A stretch of 64,000 bases of DNA from Thermoanaerobaculia bacterium. GTDB taxonomy: Bacteria; Acidobacteriota; Thermoanaerobaculia; Multivoradales; JAHEKO01. Location: positions 15,221-79,220 of the forward strand of contig CAMYOG010000042.1 in the NCBI GenBank assembly GCA_947259925.1. The letters run 5' to 3'. The notes under the pieces were generated by a model. It was not told the DNA's origin. It made no database searches and saw nothing but the letters and a program-made list of their open reading frames with translations. A program made the position numbers and the translations under genes. Positions 8,849-18,548 of the stretch are shown in pieces; the first letter of the stretch is position 1; every line of letters starts with the position of its first letter.

Positions 8849-11364
8849 GGGTAGTAGCCGGCGATGGTCCGTGCCTTGCGGCCGCCCTTCACCTTCACCT
8901 CGACGGCCCGGAATCCTTCCCCGGCGTCCTGCGGCGCGTCGGAATTGTAGGCGAGTAGGTACTGACTGCGAAGCTCCAGGTCGATCTCGGCATAGACCCC
9001 CCGCAGCTCGTGCGCCTTCTCGATGAAGAAGCTCCGGCCGCCGGTCTCCCGAGCCAGGGTCTTGAGCTTGCCGCGGATCTCGGTCGCCAGCTTGCCGACG
9101 TCGAGACCGATCGTGTAGATCACTACTCCACTCCGGCGCGCGTACTCGACCGCATCCCGAAACGGGTAGAAGCTCGCCGAGTCGTTGCCGTCCGAGAGTA
9201 GGATCAGCGCCTTGCGGCCGCGCAGACCCCGGAAGTAGTAGAGGCTGCTCACCACCGCGTCGTGGAGCGCGGTGTAGCCGACCGAGCGCAGCTCACCGAG
9301 CGCCGCCTCGACCGCGCCGACGTCGTCGGTCGGCGGAATCAGCAGCACCGGTTCCTTGGCGAAGCCGACCGCGAACGCCTTGTCGCGCGGCGTCAGGACC
9401 CGGTCGAGGAACTCGACCGCGGCGCGCTGCGCCTCCGGCAGCAGCATCGCCATCGAGCCCGAGGTGTCGATCGTGATGCCGACCGCGAGCGGCAGGTTCT
9501 CCACCAGCTCGAACTTCGCCAGCTCCTGCAGCCGACCGTCCTCGAAGACGCTGAAGTCCGAGCGATCGAGGTCGGGCACCGGCCGCCGGTTGTTGTCGAG
9601 CACGGTCGTCAGGAGCTCGACGAAGTTGACTTCCACCTCCTCAAGGTACTCGGGCGAGTTGAGGAACTGGATGTCCTCGGCGCGGCTGCCGTCGTCGAGG
9701 ATCGCGGTCACTGCCAGATAGGCGGTCTGCCCACCGGTCGGCACGTCGATCTCGGCCGCCCACGGAGCGCGCTTCACCTCGTGCACCAGCTCGTTGTTGA
9801 GACGGAACTCGACCTGCTCGACCCGCCGCTCCTCGGGCACCACCACTTCGGCCCGCGCGACGACGCTGCCGGAGACCTTGTCGCCGGTACGCGGCTCCAG
9901 GATGCGGACCTTGAACGAGCCGCGCGGCCGATTGATCGCGACCTCGTCGGCGGCCACCAGCTCACCGTCTTCGTCGTACCCCTCGACCCGGATCAGCTGC
10001 TCGCGCGGGTAACGGGCGAGCCGCACCTCGGCGGTGAACGGCGGCGTCGTGCGGGTCAGCTGCGCCTCGCCGTCGACCAGGAAGACCACGCGCTGGATTC
10101 TCTCGCCGGTGACCAGGACGTCGGCGCGCCAGAGTCCGAGAATCAGATCGCTCTCGGGTGGCACCAGCAGCAGGCTGTCGCGCCCGACGATCCTGCTGAG
10201 CGCCATCTCTTCGCCGATCGCGACGATGGCGTCCTCCGGGACCGGCAGCTCGGCCGCCTGCTCGTCGGGCTCCTCGGGAACTGTGAACCCGCGGCTGAAG
10301 TAGAGCCGGCCGTCGCCCAGCTCGTCCTCGAGCCGGAAGCGGAGCACGAAGTCACGCTCCGGGCGGAGCGCCCGCTCGAAGGTCAGCGCCAGGGCGGCCT
10401 CGTCCTCGGGCGGCTTCATCTTGAAGCGCACCCGGAACTCCTCGAAGATCTGCCCGTCCTGCTCGATGACGCCGACCACGATCAGCCGCACCTCGGTCCG
10501 GTTCTCGCCGGTGAAGGTCTGGAGCTCGACGTCGGACGGCAGAGTGATCATCACCCGTGAGACGATCCGTTGGCGCACCTTGGCCGGAAACGAGAGGTCG
10601 ATGCTCTCGACCGCGATCCGCGGCGGCAGCTCTTCGAGCGGTGTCGTGACCGCCTCGAGCGCCCAGGCTCCGAGATCGACCGGCGGCGCCAGGAAGACAG
10701 CGATCTCTTCGTTACTGACCCGATCCTTGCGGAAGCCGCTCAGACTGTCGATGCCGGTGGCCTCGTCCACCAGCTTGACGTCCTCGCACGCCCGGATGTC
10801 GATCCGGAACTTGAGCCCGTACTCCCCGAGCTGTCTCAGCAGGTAGACCATCTCCTCGTTGTAGAGCGAACGCTTGGAATCGAGCGGATGCCAGAGGCGG
10901 TACGGACGACCAGGTCGGGGCTGATAGAAGACCAGCTGGCGCTCGCCGTAGTGCCAGATCTCGAGCGGGTTGAGCGTCGCACCGCATTCGATCACCTTGC
11001 GTTCGCCCGGCTTGCCGTTTAGAAAGAGCACCCGTGCCCGTTGATCGATCAGGGTCAGGAACTCGGTCCGGGCCAGGATTTGACGGCGCTCGATCCCCTC
11101 GAGCAGCTCGTTCTCCGGGGTCGCCGGATCGGGATCGAGCCCCAGAAACTCCTCGATCCACGCCTGCCGCCCGGCGGCATCGAGCTCGCGGAGGCGCTCC
11201 CGCTCGTCACGCTCGACCAGTGCCGAGGCGGCGTCGAACAGGAGCTCGCTCTCGTCGACGGTGCGGACGAGCGCCTGGTCGGCGGCCAGCGCCGCGGACG
11301 ACGCCAGCAGCGCGCAGACCAGCTTCGCGACGCTGAGCAGACCGGCCTGCCTGGGGTTCTCCAT
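8845..11364 (-). CDS. secreted multidomain protein with C-terminal von Willebrand factor A domain (VWFA-related, Acidobacteria-type)
   Basis: Start MENPRQAGLLSVAKLVCALLASSAALAADQ (signal peptide); the 87 upstream codons of the track ORF are rejected. A MIDAS DxSxS motif (ITIDTSGSM) with downstream T and D residues marks the VWA fold. Confidence 0.7.
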   Translation of the reverse strand: MENPRQAGLLSVAKLVCALLASSAALAADQALVRTVDESELLFDAASALVERDERERLRELDAAGRQAWIEEFLGLDPDPATPENELLEGIERRQILARTEFLTLIDQRARVLFLNGKPGERKVIECGATLNPLEIWHYGERQLVFYQPRPGRPYRLWHPLDSKRSLYNEEMVYLLRQLGEYGLKFRIDIRACEDVKLVDEATGIDSLSGFRKDRVSNEEIAVFLAPPVDLGAWALEAVTTPLEELPPRIAVESIDLSFPAKVRQRIVSRVMITLPSDVELQTFTGENRTEVRLIVVGVIEQDGQIFEEFRVRFKMKPPEDEAALALTFERALRPERDFVLRFRLEDELGDGRLYFSRGFTVPEEPDEQAAELPVPEDAIVAIGEEMALSRIVGRDSLLLVPPESDLILGLWRADVLVTGERIQRVVFLVDGEAQLTRTTPPFTAEVRLARYPREQLIRVEGYDEDGELVAADEVAINRPRGSFKVRILEPRTGDKVSGSVVARAEVVVPEERRVEQVEFRLNNELVHEVKRAPWAAEIDVPTGGQTAYLAVTAILDDGSRAEDIQFLNSPEYLEEVEVNFVELLTTVLDNNRRPVPDLDRSDFSVFEDGRLQELAKFELVENLPLAVGITIDTSGSMAMLLPEAQRAAVEFLDRVLTPRDKAFAVGFAKEPVLLIPPTDDVGAVEAALGELRSVGYTALHDAVVSSLYYFRGLRGRKALILLSDGNDSASFYPFRDAVEYARRSGVVIYTIGLDVGKLATEIRGKLKTLARETGGRSFFIEKAHELRGVYAEIDLELRSQYLLAYNSDAPQDAGEGFRAVEVKVKGGRKARTIAGYYP

Positions 11365-11464
11365 CGTCTCGTGCTCTCTCTGGCGCGCGTTCGCGCGCAC
11401 TCTCCCGTGGTCGCTGTCTGCAAATCGACTGCCAGCCGCCCGGCTGCCATATAGTAGCCGCGCC

Positions 11465-12484
11465 ATGGCCGCCAAGCGCCGCAACGACCCGATTCGCGAC
11501 TGGCAGGACGGCGACAATGTCGCCGGATTCGCCTTATTGAGTCGGAAGGAGCGCCGCCAGGACCGGAACGGCCGTGAGTTCCTCGACCTCGAGTTGAAGG
11601 ACGCGAGCGGCACGATCACCGGCAAAGCCTGGTCCGACAGCCAGGCCCTCGAGGGTGACTACGAAGCGCACGACTTCGTGGCCTTCCGCGGTACGGTCAA
11701 GCTCTACCGCGACCGCTTGCAGATCAGCGTCTCCGACTGCCGGCGGGCGGTCGAGGACGACCGTGAGCACGGCTTCGACGAGTCGAACCTCATACCGTCC
11801 ACGCCCGAGGACATCGGCGAGCTGTGGGCGCGCCTCAAGCAGATCTACGGCGAGCAGATCAAGGATCCGTTCCTGCATCGGCTGGCGGCCGAGTCGCTGG
11901 CGGTCTGGGGCCGCGAGCTCAAGGAGCATCCAGCCGCCAAGTCGATTCACCACGCCTATCGCGGCGGGCTCCTCGAGCACGTTGTCTCGATGGCCGAGGT
12001 GGCAGCCCAGTTGTGTGATCACTATGACGAGCTCGACCGTGACCTCCTGCTGCTCGGCGTGCTCTTTCACGATCTGGGCAAGCTGGCGGAGATCGGGCCG
12101 ATGCCGATCAACGAGTACACCAAGTCGGGACGCCTGGTCGGTCACGTCGTCTACGGCCGCGACATGTTGCGCGAGCGCTGCGCCGCAATCGACGGCTTCC
12201 CGGAAGTGGCTCGCCTCCATCTCGAGCACCTGATCCTCTCGCACCAGGGGCGTCTCGAGTACGGCTCGCCGGTCGTGCCGCTGACCGCCGAGGCGCTGGC
12301 GCTGCATTTCATCGACAACCTCGACTCGAAGCTGGCGCAGCTGCGCGACGCCGTGCGCGCCGGCGGCCAAGGCTTCCAGTACGTCCGCGGACTCGACCGA
12401 TTCGTCTTCCTCGGCGAGGTCGAGAACCCGGACGGCGAGGCCGAGGCCGGCGACGAGCCGGCCCAGGCGCACCTCAAGCTCTGA
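11465..12484 (+). CDS. OB-fold plus HD-domain 3'-5' exoribonuclease, YhaM-like
   Basis: N-terminal OB-fold, then HD-domain His/Asp motifs (HHAYRGGLLEH...LFHDLGK). The start at MAAKRRN (ATG 11465) is chosen over the long upstream extension. Confidence 0.6.
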   Translation: MAAKRRNDPIRDWQDGDNVAGFALLSRKERRQDRNGREFLDLELKDASGTITGKAWSDSQALEGDYEAHDFVAFRGTVKLYRDRLQISVSDCRRAVEDDREHGFDESNLIPSTPEDIGELWARLKQIYGEQIKDPFLHRLAAESLAVWGRELKEHPAAKSIHHAYRGGLLEHVVSMAEVAAQLCDHYDELDRDLLLLGVLFHDLGKLAEIGPMPINEYTKSGRLVGHVVYGRDMLRERCAAIDGFPEVARLHLEHLILSHQGRLEYGSPVVPLTAEALALHFIDNLDSKLAQLRDAVRAGGQGFQYVRGLDRFVFLGEVENPDGEAEAGDEPAQAHLKL

Positions 12485-12520
12485 CCTCGCGCCCCTCCCG
12501 GCCGCGCGGAAACTCCGATA

Positions 12521-12536
12521 CCTATTGACCATTCGG
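12521..12536. promoter_or_regulatory. inverted repeat TTGACC-N4-GGTCAA upstream of the HMG-CoA-synthase-like gene (candidate operator and/or -35)
   Basis: Perfect 6-bp arms around a 4-bp spacer, about 100 bp upstream of the 12638 start, in a 150-bp intergenic region. Confidence 0.3.
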
Positions 12537-12637
12537 TCAATCGCAGCACGCGCTCGGAGACCTCCGCTGTGCTACCATCCCGGCCCTTAGTCGGTCATGT
12601 ACACAACCGAATCTGGCGCTTAAGGCAGGGAGGGAAC

Positions 12638-13744
12638 ATGAGCGCAACCGCAACCGCCGTCAATCCGACCGGAATCGCCTCGATCGGTCTTCACTTCCCC
12701 GCTCTCTCGCTACCGGTCGAAGAGCTGGCCGAGCTACGCGGCCAGGATCCGGACAAGTACCGGGTCGGTCTTGGCTGTGAGGAGATGTCGATCTGCCCGC
12801 CCGACGTCAGCGTCGTCGAGCTGGCCACCGAAGCCGCGCGCCGCGCGCTGTCGCGCTGGGGCGGCTCGAAGGAACGGATCGGAATGATCGCCGTCGGCAC
12901 CGAGACCGCGGTCGACATGAGCCGGCCCCTCAGCGCCTGGGTCGCCGACCGGCTCGGTCTGAGCGGGGCGATCCGCTCGTACGAGGTCAAGCACGCCTGT
13001 TACGGCGGCACTCTCGCGGTCCGCCAGGCCGCCGAGTGGCGGCTGTCGGGAGCCGCTCGCGACCAGGCGGCGCTGGTCGTGGCGGCCGACGTCGCGATGT
13101 ACGAAGAGGGCGATCCGGGAGAGCCGACCCAGGGGGCCGGTGGGGTGGCGATGGTGATCGACGAGCCGAGGATCGCCCGCATCGACCCGGTCTCCTACCC
13201 GTGGAGCGAGCCGCAGTTCGACTTCTGGCGGCCGGTCGGTGAGAACTACCCCCGGGTCGACGGCCCGCTGTCGCTCGACTGCTACAAGCGGGCGGCGGAG
13301 AACTGCTTCAAGGCGATGATCGGCCAGCGCGACCCCGAGGTGGTGCTGCGCGAGTTGGCCGCGATCTGCTTTCACGTTCCGTTCCCGAAGATGGTGCGTA
13401 AGGCGTTCTACCGGGTCGGCGAGTTCCTCGACCTCAACGCCGAGCGGATCGACGGCTTCTTCCAGGAGAAGATCTACCCGACCATGATGTGGAACCGTCT
13501 GTGCGGCAACGCCTACACGGCTTCGCTCTGGATCTCGGTCGCGCGCGCCCTCAAGGGCCTTGCCGCCGGCGAGCGGGTAGCGGCGTTCTCGTACGGCTCG
13601 GGCTTCGGCGCCGAGCTGATGATGCTCGAGGCCGGCCCCGACGCCGCGGCCGGCGCCTGGGAGCAGGACGTCGAGACCGACTTCCGGGACCGCGAGCGCA
13701 TCGACGCCCGCGGCTACTCGGAGCTGCGCGAGTCGCGCTCCTAG
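12638..13744 (+). CDS. hydroxymethylglutaryl-CoA synthase family protein (thiolase-fold condensing enzyme)
   Basis: HMGS-like N-terminal region (IGLHFPALSLPVEELAELRGQDPDKYRVGLGCEEMSICPPD), a Cys nucleophile region (YEVKHACYGGT) and a GSGFGAEL C-terminal motif; AGGGAGGGA SD 5 nt upstream of ATG 12638. Confidence 0.65.
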   Translation: MSATATAVNPTGIASIGLHFPALSLPVEELAELRGQDPDKYRVGLGCEEMSICPPDVSVVELATEAARRALSRWGGSKERIGMIAVGTETAVDMSRPLSAWVADRLGLSGAIRSYEVKHACYGGTLAVRQAAEWRLSGAARDQAALVVAADVAMYEEGDPGEPTQGAGGVAMVIDEPRIARIDPVSYPWSEPQFDFWRPVGENYPRVDGPLSLDCYKRAAENCFKAMIGQRDPEVVLRELAAICFHVPFPKMVRKAFYRVGEFLDLNAERIDGFFQEKIYPTMMWNRLCGNAYTASLWISVARALKGLAAGERVAAFSYGSGFGAELMMLEAGPDAAAGAWEQDVETDFRDRERIDARGYSELRESRS

Positions 13745-13750
13745 CCGGGG

Positions 13751-15103
13751 CTAGTCGGCCAGAAACTCCAGGATCGCCTCGAGTGCCCGCCGGTCGAGGA
13801 TCATCTCGAAGTGGTCGCCGCGGACATGGCGCGTCGGTACTGCCAGCGCCGCCGACTCCTGTGGCGACAGCCAGTGTTGACTCGCTTCGGCGGCGTGGCC
13901 GTCTCCTCCGGTGGTGACCGCTGCGTGCAGCTCGGGGTTCTTGCGCAGCCGCTTGTCGCCCGTGAAGAGCAGCTCCCAGCCACCGGTGGCGCCCCGCATC
14001 AGGACCGCGCGATCCGGGGTCTCGTCGTCGACGTTCTGGATCGAGTAGTAGCGACTCTCGAAGCCCGCGACGTCGCGACCGAGGACCGCGTGCAGACGAC
14101 GGCCGAGGTCGAGGAATCTCTCCAGAGCCGTGCTGCGCTCGGCGTCGTCACCGAAGATCGCTGCGGGCGCGCTCCGGTCCAGTCGCCCCCTGACCGCGGC
14201 GCCGAAGACCGAGAAGCCGTACTCGCGCCAGACGTCGGCGTCGAGCAGGTCGAGGTCGAGCGGCGCGCCCGCGCCGTCGACGAACAGCTCCTCGCGATAG
14301 ACCGGCAGGTCCTGGAAGAGCGATGGGAAGGTGAACAGGACCTCGGGGAGAATCTTCCGGCCGATCCCTGGGATATAGCTCCGGCCCCGGTGAATCTCCC
14401 GCAGGATTCGAAGGCTGCCGCCGTTGGCGGTGCCTACGAAGATCGCCTTGGGGACGCGCACGGTCAGCGTGACCGGCGACCTGGCGGCCTCGGCGCTCTC
14501 GAGCGACAGACCGCCGTACTTGGCGAGGTAGCGGCAGATCTGACCGCCGGCGCTCTGGCAGATCAGGTCGACCTCGAGCACCTCCTCGCCACGCACCTGT
14601 CGCAACCGATCGAGCAGTCCGTAGAGCTCGGCCGCCGCGACCGTCAGGTCGTCTCGCCAGTCCCAGGCGAACAAGAAGAAGTCGTCCCCGGGGGTCGGCC
14701 GCGTCAGATCGCCGCGCCGGTAGCCGTTCGCTTCCATCAGCCGGACGATCGGTCCGTAGACCTGTTTGCGGATCAGGCCACCCAGCAGCCGGATCTCCTC
14801 GATGACGCCGGACGCCTCGAGCGCCGACCGACCGCGTTCATCGCTCGACAGCGGCCGTGCGAACGCGTAGCCGCCGTCGTGCGGCTTGAGCAGGTCGACG
14901 CCGCGCCCCCAGACGATCCGACCGCTCTCGGCGTCGCGTAGCTTGACGCCGGTGACGCCCGGCACCAGGACTACCGGTCGGCGGGTCGAGCGCTCCACCA
15001 GCGGCTCGAGGACCGGCGGCTCGGCGATCGAGCAGCCGAGCTGCAGCAGCACCGCGAGCGCGAGGCCCGTCAGTCCCGCGACCCGCGCCCGGCCCCGTCT
15101 CAC
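13751..15103 (-). CDS. putative lipase/acyltransferase, alpha/beta-hydrolase (LCAT/PGAP1-like), lipoprotein signal
   Basis: GTG start overlapping the DUF420 stop (GTGA); signal plus lipobox-like LLQLGC; nucleophile elbow CQSAGG; the 205 upstream codons of the track ORF are rejected. Confidence 0.5.
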   Translation of the reverse strand: MRRGRARVAGLTGLALAVLLQLGCSIAEPPVLEPLVERSTRRPVVLVPGVTGVKLRDAESGRIVWGRGVDLLKPHDGGYAFARPLSSDERGRSALEASGVIEEIRLLGGLIRKQVYGPIVRLMEANGYRRGDLTRPTPGDDFFLFAWDWRDDLTVAAAELYGLLDRLRQVRGEEVLEVDLICQSAGGQICRYLAKYGGLSLESAEAARSPVTLTVRVPKAIFVGTANGGSLRILREIHRGRSYIPGIGRKILPEVLFTFPSLFQDLPVYREELFVDGAGAPLDLDLLDADVWREYGFSVFGAAVRGRLDRSAPAAIFGDDAERSTALERFLDLGRRLHAVLGRDVAGFESRYYSIQNVDDETPDRAVLMRGATGGWELLFTGDKRLRKNPELHAAVTTGGDGHAAEASQHWLSPQESAALAVPTRHVRGDHFEMILDRRALEAILEFLAD

Positions 15104-15525
15104 GCCCAGGGTGCGCCGTACAGCATCAAGTAGATGATCACTCCGGTGAGCGATACGTAGAGCCAGATCGGCAGCGTCCAGCGGGCGATCGCCCGGTGCC
15201 GATCCCACCGCTCCCGGAGCGCTCGCACCAGCGTGATCACGGCGAGGAACGGCACCGCCGCCGCCAGCACGGTGTGGGTCGCCAGGATGCTCAGGTAGAC
15301 GGTGCGGATGGCGCCGGTGCCCTGAAACCGGACCGAGCCGACCTGGTAGTGGTAGATCAGGTACGAGATCAGGAACAGAACCGAGCAGCCGAACGCCGTG
15401 CTCATGCAGGCACGGTGCGCGGCGATGCGGCGGCGCCGGACAAAGACGAAGCCGGCGATGAGGAAGAGGGACGCCAACCCGTTCAGGGAGGCGTTCACGG
15501 TCGGCAGATGGATGCCCTCGAACAT
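15100..15525 (-). CDS. DUF420-like four-TM membrane protein
   Basis: 141 aa, four hydrophobic segments with a conserved-looking His/Tyr pattern; this family is usually found near haem-copper oxidase genes. Confidence 0.45.
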   Translation of the reverse strand: MFEGIHLPTVNASLNGLASLFLIAGFVFVRRRRIAAHRACMSTAFGCSVLFLISYLIYHYQVGSVRFQGTGAIRTVYLSILATHTVLAAAVPFLAVITLVRALRERWDRHRAIARWTLPIWLYVSLTGVIIYLMLYGAPWA

Positions 15526-15548
15526 GCCGCGCTACCCCGATCGTGCCG

Positions 15549-16322
15549 TCAGAGGATCCCGGCCGTGCGCGCGCGCCGCAGGACCTCGGCGCCGAGCAAG
15601 CGGTAGGCCTGGGCACCCGTGGACCAGCGCTCGTACTGGAAGATGGACATCCCGTAGGCCGGCGCCTCGGCCAGCCGGACGTTGATCGGGATCTCGGCGC
15701 GAAAGACCCGGCGGCCATACGACTGGCGGATCTGATCGACCATCGCCGTGGTCAGATGGGTCCGCTTGTCGACCATGTTCAACAGGATTCCGAGTAGCCG
15801 GGGCTTGGCCCGCAGTGACCTCTCGAGGCGCTCCCAGCCTCCGAAGAAGCGGTCGAGGGCCTCGTGGGCCAGGTCGTGCGGCACCACCGGCAGGATATAC
15901 GCCGCCGAAGCCGCCAGACCGTTGATGGTGAGGATCGACAGCCCTGGCGGGCAGTCGATCACGATCGCGTCGTAGCGTCGACGGACCGGCTGGAGTGCGC
16001 GCCGCAGCAGCAGGTGCGGGTCCCGCTTGCGGGCCAGCCCCAGCTCCGACCCGGCCAGCTCCATCGAGCCGGTGAGGAGATCGAGGCCCTCGATCTCGGT
16101 CGGCCGGAGCGCCTCCCGGGCCGGCACACCGTCGACCAGGACGTCCGCCATCGAAGCCTCGCCGTCATCACGGTCGATACCCAGCGAGAAGCTCGCCGAG
16201 CCCTGCGGATCCAGATCGACGAGCAACACCCGGAGATCGCTCGCGGCGAACGTCGCCGCCAGGTTGACCGCGGTGGTCGTCTTGCCGACACCACCCTTCA
16301 CATTCACCAACGACAAGATCAT
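15549..16322 (-). CDS. ParA/MinD-family P-loop ATPase (orphan ParA/Soj-like)
   Basis: Deviant Walker A KGGVGKTT immediately after the start MILSLVNV (ATG rc 16320-16322); no parB nearby. Confidence 0.75.
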   Translation of the reverse strand: MILSLVNVKGGVGKTTTAVNLAATFAASDLRVLLVDLDPQGSASFSLGIDRDDGEASMADVLVDGVPAREALRPTEIEGLDLLTGSMELAGSELGLARKRDPHLLLRRALQPVRRRYDAIVIDCPPGLSILTINGLAASAAYILPVVPHDLAHEALDRFFGGWERLERSLRAKPRLLGILLNMVDKRTHLTTAMVDQIRQSYGRRVFRAEIPINVRLAEAPAYGMSIFQYERWSTGAQAYRLLGAEVLRRARTAGIL

Positions 16323-16393
16323 CGACACCTCCTGAAGAGCGGCCGAGTATATCGGCCGGCGGCCGGCCCGGGGCCCGGAACCGAACGGCGTCA

Positions 16394-16446
16394 GGATCTG
16401 GAGATCTGGACGTTCTACGTACACTTCCTTGTACGCTCAACGTACA
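16394..16446. promoter_or_regulatory. direct-repeat motifs in the parA/pspA divergent intergenic region
   Basis: GATCTGGA occurs twice in tandem (16394-16409), followed by ACGTACA (16417-16423), GTACG (16431-16435) and ACGTACA (16440-16446). Confidence 0.3.
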
Positions 16447-16590
16447 TATCCTCCCTGGCTCCGGCCCGAGACGGCCGGCGATCGTTAACGAAGTCCTGAG
16501 GTCTCGGAGCCGGCCCCACATCGGCACACCGCTTGCCTTGCGTCGAGCCGTCGGGGCGATCCAGCCTCGAGGACTCGTAGGAGAGACCAG

Positions 16591-17235
16591 ATGAATCGAA
16601 TCAAACGCTGGACGACCGCCTTGATCTGCCAGATGGATCAGGCCCTGGCGGCGGTCGAGAATCACGAGGCCCTGGCGGACAGCTTGATTCGCGATGTACG
16701 CCGGGCCACGGCACAGGCCAAGGTCCGGCTCGACCGGGTCCGGGCGGACGGCGAGCGGCTGCGCCGGTCGCTCGCCGAGCACCGCGAGGCCGAGGCTCGC
16801 TGGCGCGAGCGGGCCCGCGAATGCGCCGACTCCGACGAAGAGCGCGCGATCGATTGCCTACGGCGCTCGCGGGCGGCCGCCCGCGCGGTGCCCGAGGTCG
16901 AGCGTCGTCTAGCGCTGCACGAGTCGACCGAGCGACAGCTGGACGCCGACGTCGCCAGGGTCGAGGCTCGACTCGAGCAGCTCGTGCACAAGCGCAATCT
17001 GATGCGCACCCGTCAGTCGAGTGCGCAGGCGGCCAGCAGCGCTCACACGGCCGATTCTCTGGGAGACGGTGAGCTCGACCGGGTCTTCGACCGCTGGGAG
17101 ACGCAGATCACCGAGCTCGAGCTCGAGGGTGGGACGGACGCCGACGTCGATCCCCTGCAGCTCGAGTACTCCGAGGCCGAGGAGCGACAGCAGCTGCTGG
17201 CCGAGCTCGCCGAGCTCAGGAACGGAGGTGAATGA
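16591..17235 (+). CDS. PspA/IM30-family coiled-coil protein (phage-shock protein A / Vipp1-like)
   Basis: Characteristic heptad-rich 214-aa sequence (LIRDVRRATAQAKVRLDRVRADGERL...LDADVARVEARLEQL); AGGAGAG SD; its stop overlaps the next gene as ATGA. Confidence 0.65.
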   Translation: MNRIKRWTTALICQMDQALAAVENHEALADSLIRDVRRATAQAKVRLDRVRADGERLRRSLAEHREAEARWRERARECADSDEERAIDCLRRSRAAARAVPEVERRLALHESTERQLDADVARVEARLEQLVHKRNLMRTRQSSAQAASSAHTADSLGDGELDRVFDRWETQITELELEGGTDADVDPLQLEYSEAEERQQLLAELAELRNGGE

Positions 17236-18533
17236 TGGCGCACTCCGAGTCGACCGCCGGCTCCCCTCCCGCCGTGCGTCGGTTCGCGGCCCTGTCCGGG
17301 ATACTGCGCGGCCTCGGCGCGGCCATCCTGCTCAGCTCCGCTTCGGTCTTCTTGTTCCAGGGGTGGAGCACCGGCAACGACCTGCTGCGCTACGGCGCGC
17401 TGTTCGGGCTCTCCATCCTGTTGGCCGGCGCCGGGCTGGTCTGTGGAGTCACCCTTCGCGAGAGCAAGGCGGCACGCACCCTGCTCGGGGTGGCGCTCGC
17501 GCTGGTACCGGTCCACACGGTGGTGCTCGGCGCTCTGCTCTACTCGCGGTTCGCCTGGGACACCCCAGCCGGCAGTCGGGTGCCCGCGTTCGGCGTCTGG
17601 GTCGCCCCCAGTGACGGGTCGGCTCTGCTAGTGGCCGGCGCCGCGTTTATCCTGATGATGCCGATCATCCTGGTCGCGGCTCGTGCGCTGGTGCCTCCAC
17701 AGGCCCGGCGAGCGACCGTCGCGACGGTGGTGCTCAACCTGCCGCTCCTATTGCCGACCCGCGACCCCGCGGCGACCGCGATCATCGTCGGTCTGCTGGC
17801 GGCTGCGGTGCTCGCGCTCGAGCTCCGCTGGGTGCCGTCGCAGCCCTGTCTCCGCACCTTCGAGGGGCGATTGCTGCGGGCGATGTTGGCGGTTCCGGCT
17901 CTGCTCGCCTTCGGGCGCGCCCATCTGCACGAGGCGCCTCCCTTTCTCCACGGAGCGGGCCTCCTGGTGCTCGCCGGAGCGATGTTCGCGCTCGCGCGGC
18001 GCGCGAGCGCCGACCGGACGGCGGCCGAGAGCATCGAGCTTCTGGCGCTAGTGCCCGGTGCGGTCGGCTGGTATCTGCTGATCTCGCCGCTCGCCCTCGG
18101 GTCGCAGCTCCTCTGGCTGACCCAGCCGTTCGCGGCGCTGCTCTTGCTGAGCTCGAGGTGGAGCACCGGCAGCGGCCGCAACTACCGGCGAGTCGCGGCC
18201 GCGGTCGCGGTCGGTGGCGCGCTGGGCAACCTGGTCGCCGATCCGGGAGTCGCCGCGTCGCTCCTCTGCCTGGGCGTCGGCATCGCCGTGCTCGCCCACG
18301 GCTTCTACGTCCGCCAGCAGCTGATCTTGCTGGCCGGGGGGCTGGCGACCGCCGCCGGCCTCGTCTACCAGCTGCGCTACGCGCTCGAGATCTACGCCTG
18401 GAGCCGCTGGGGCGTCTTGGCGGTCGTCGGCCTTCTCACGGTCCTGACCGCCGCGCTGCTCGAGCGCTATCAGGAGCGGGCCACCGCCTGGGTGACCGAC
18501 TTCGGCAGGCGCCTCGGCTCGTGGCAGCTCTGA
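17232..18533 (+). CDS. polytopic membrane protein (about 12 TM) co-transcribed with PspA; function unknown
   Basis: Highly hydrophobic 433-aa ORF, translationally coupled to the PspA-like gene. Confidence 0.55.
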   Translation: MMAHSESTAGSPPAVRRFAALSGILRGLGAAILLSSASVFLFQGWSTGNDLLRYGALFGLSILLAGAGLVCGVTLRESKAARTLLGVALALVPVHTVVLGALLYSRFAWDTPAGSRVPAFGVWVAPSDGSALLVAGAAFILMMPIILVAARALVPPQARRATVATVVLNLPLLLPTRDPAATAIIVGLLAAAVLALELRWVPSQPCLRTFEGRLLRAMLAVPALLAFGRAHLHEAPPFLHGAGLLVLAGAMFALARRASADRTAAESIELLALVPGAVGWYLLISPLALGSQLLWLTQPFAALLLLSSRWSTGSGRNYRRVAAAVAVGGALGNLVADPGVAASLLCLGVGIAVLAHGFYVRQQLILLAGGLATAAGLVYQLRYALEIYAWSRWGVLAVVGLLTVLTAALLERYQERATAWVTDFGRRLGSWQL

Positions 18534-18548
18534 TCGCCGGTCGCCGAC

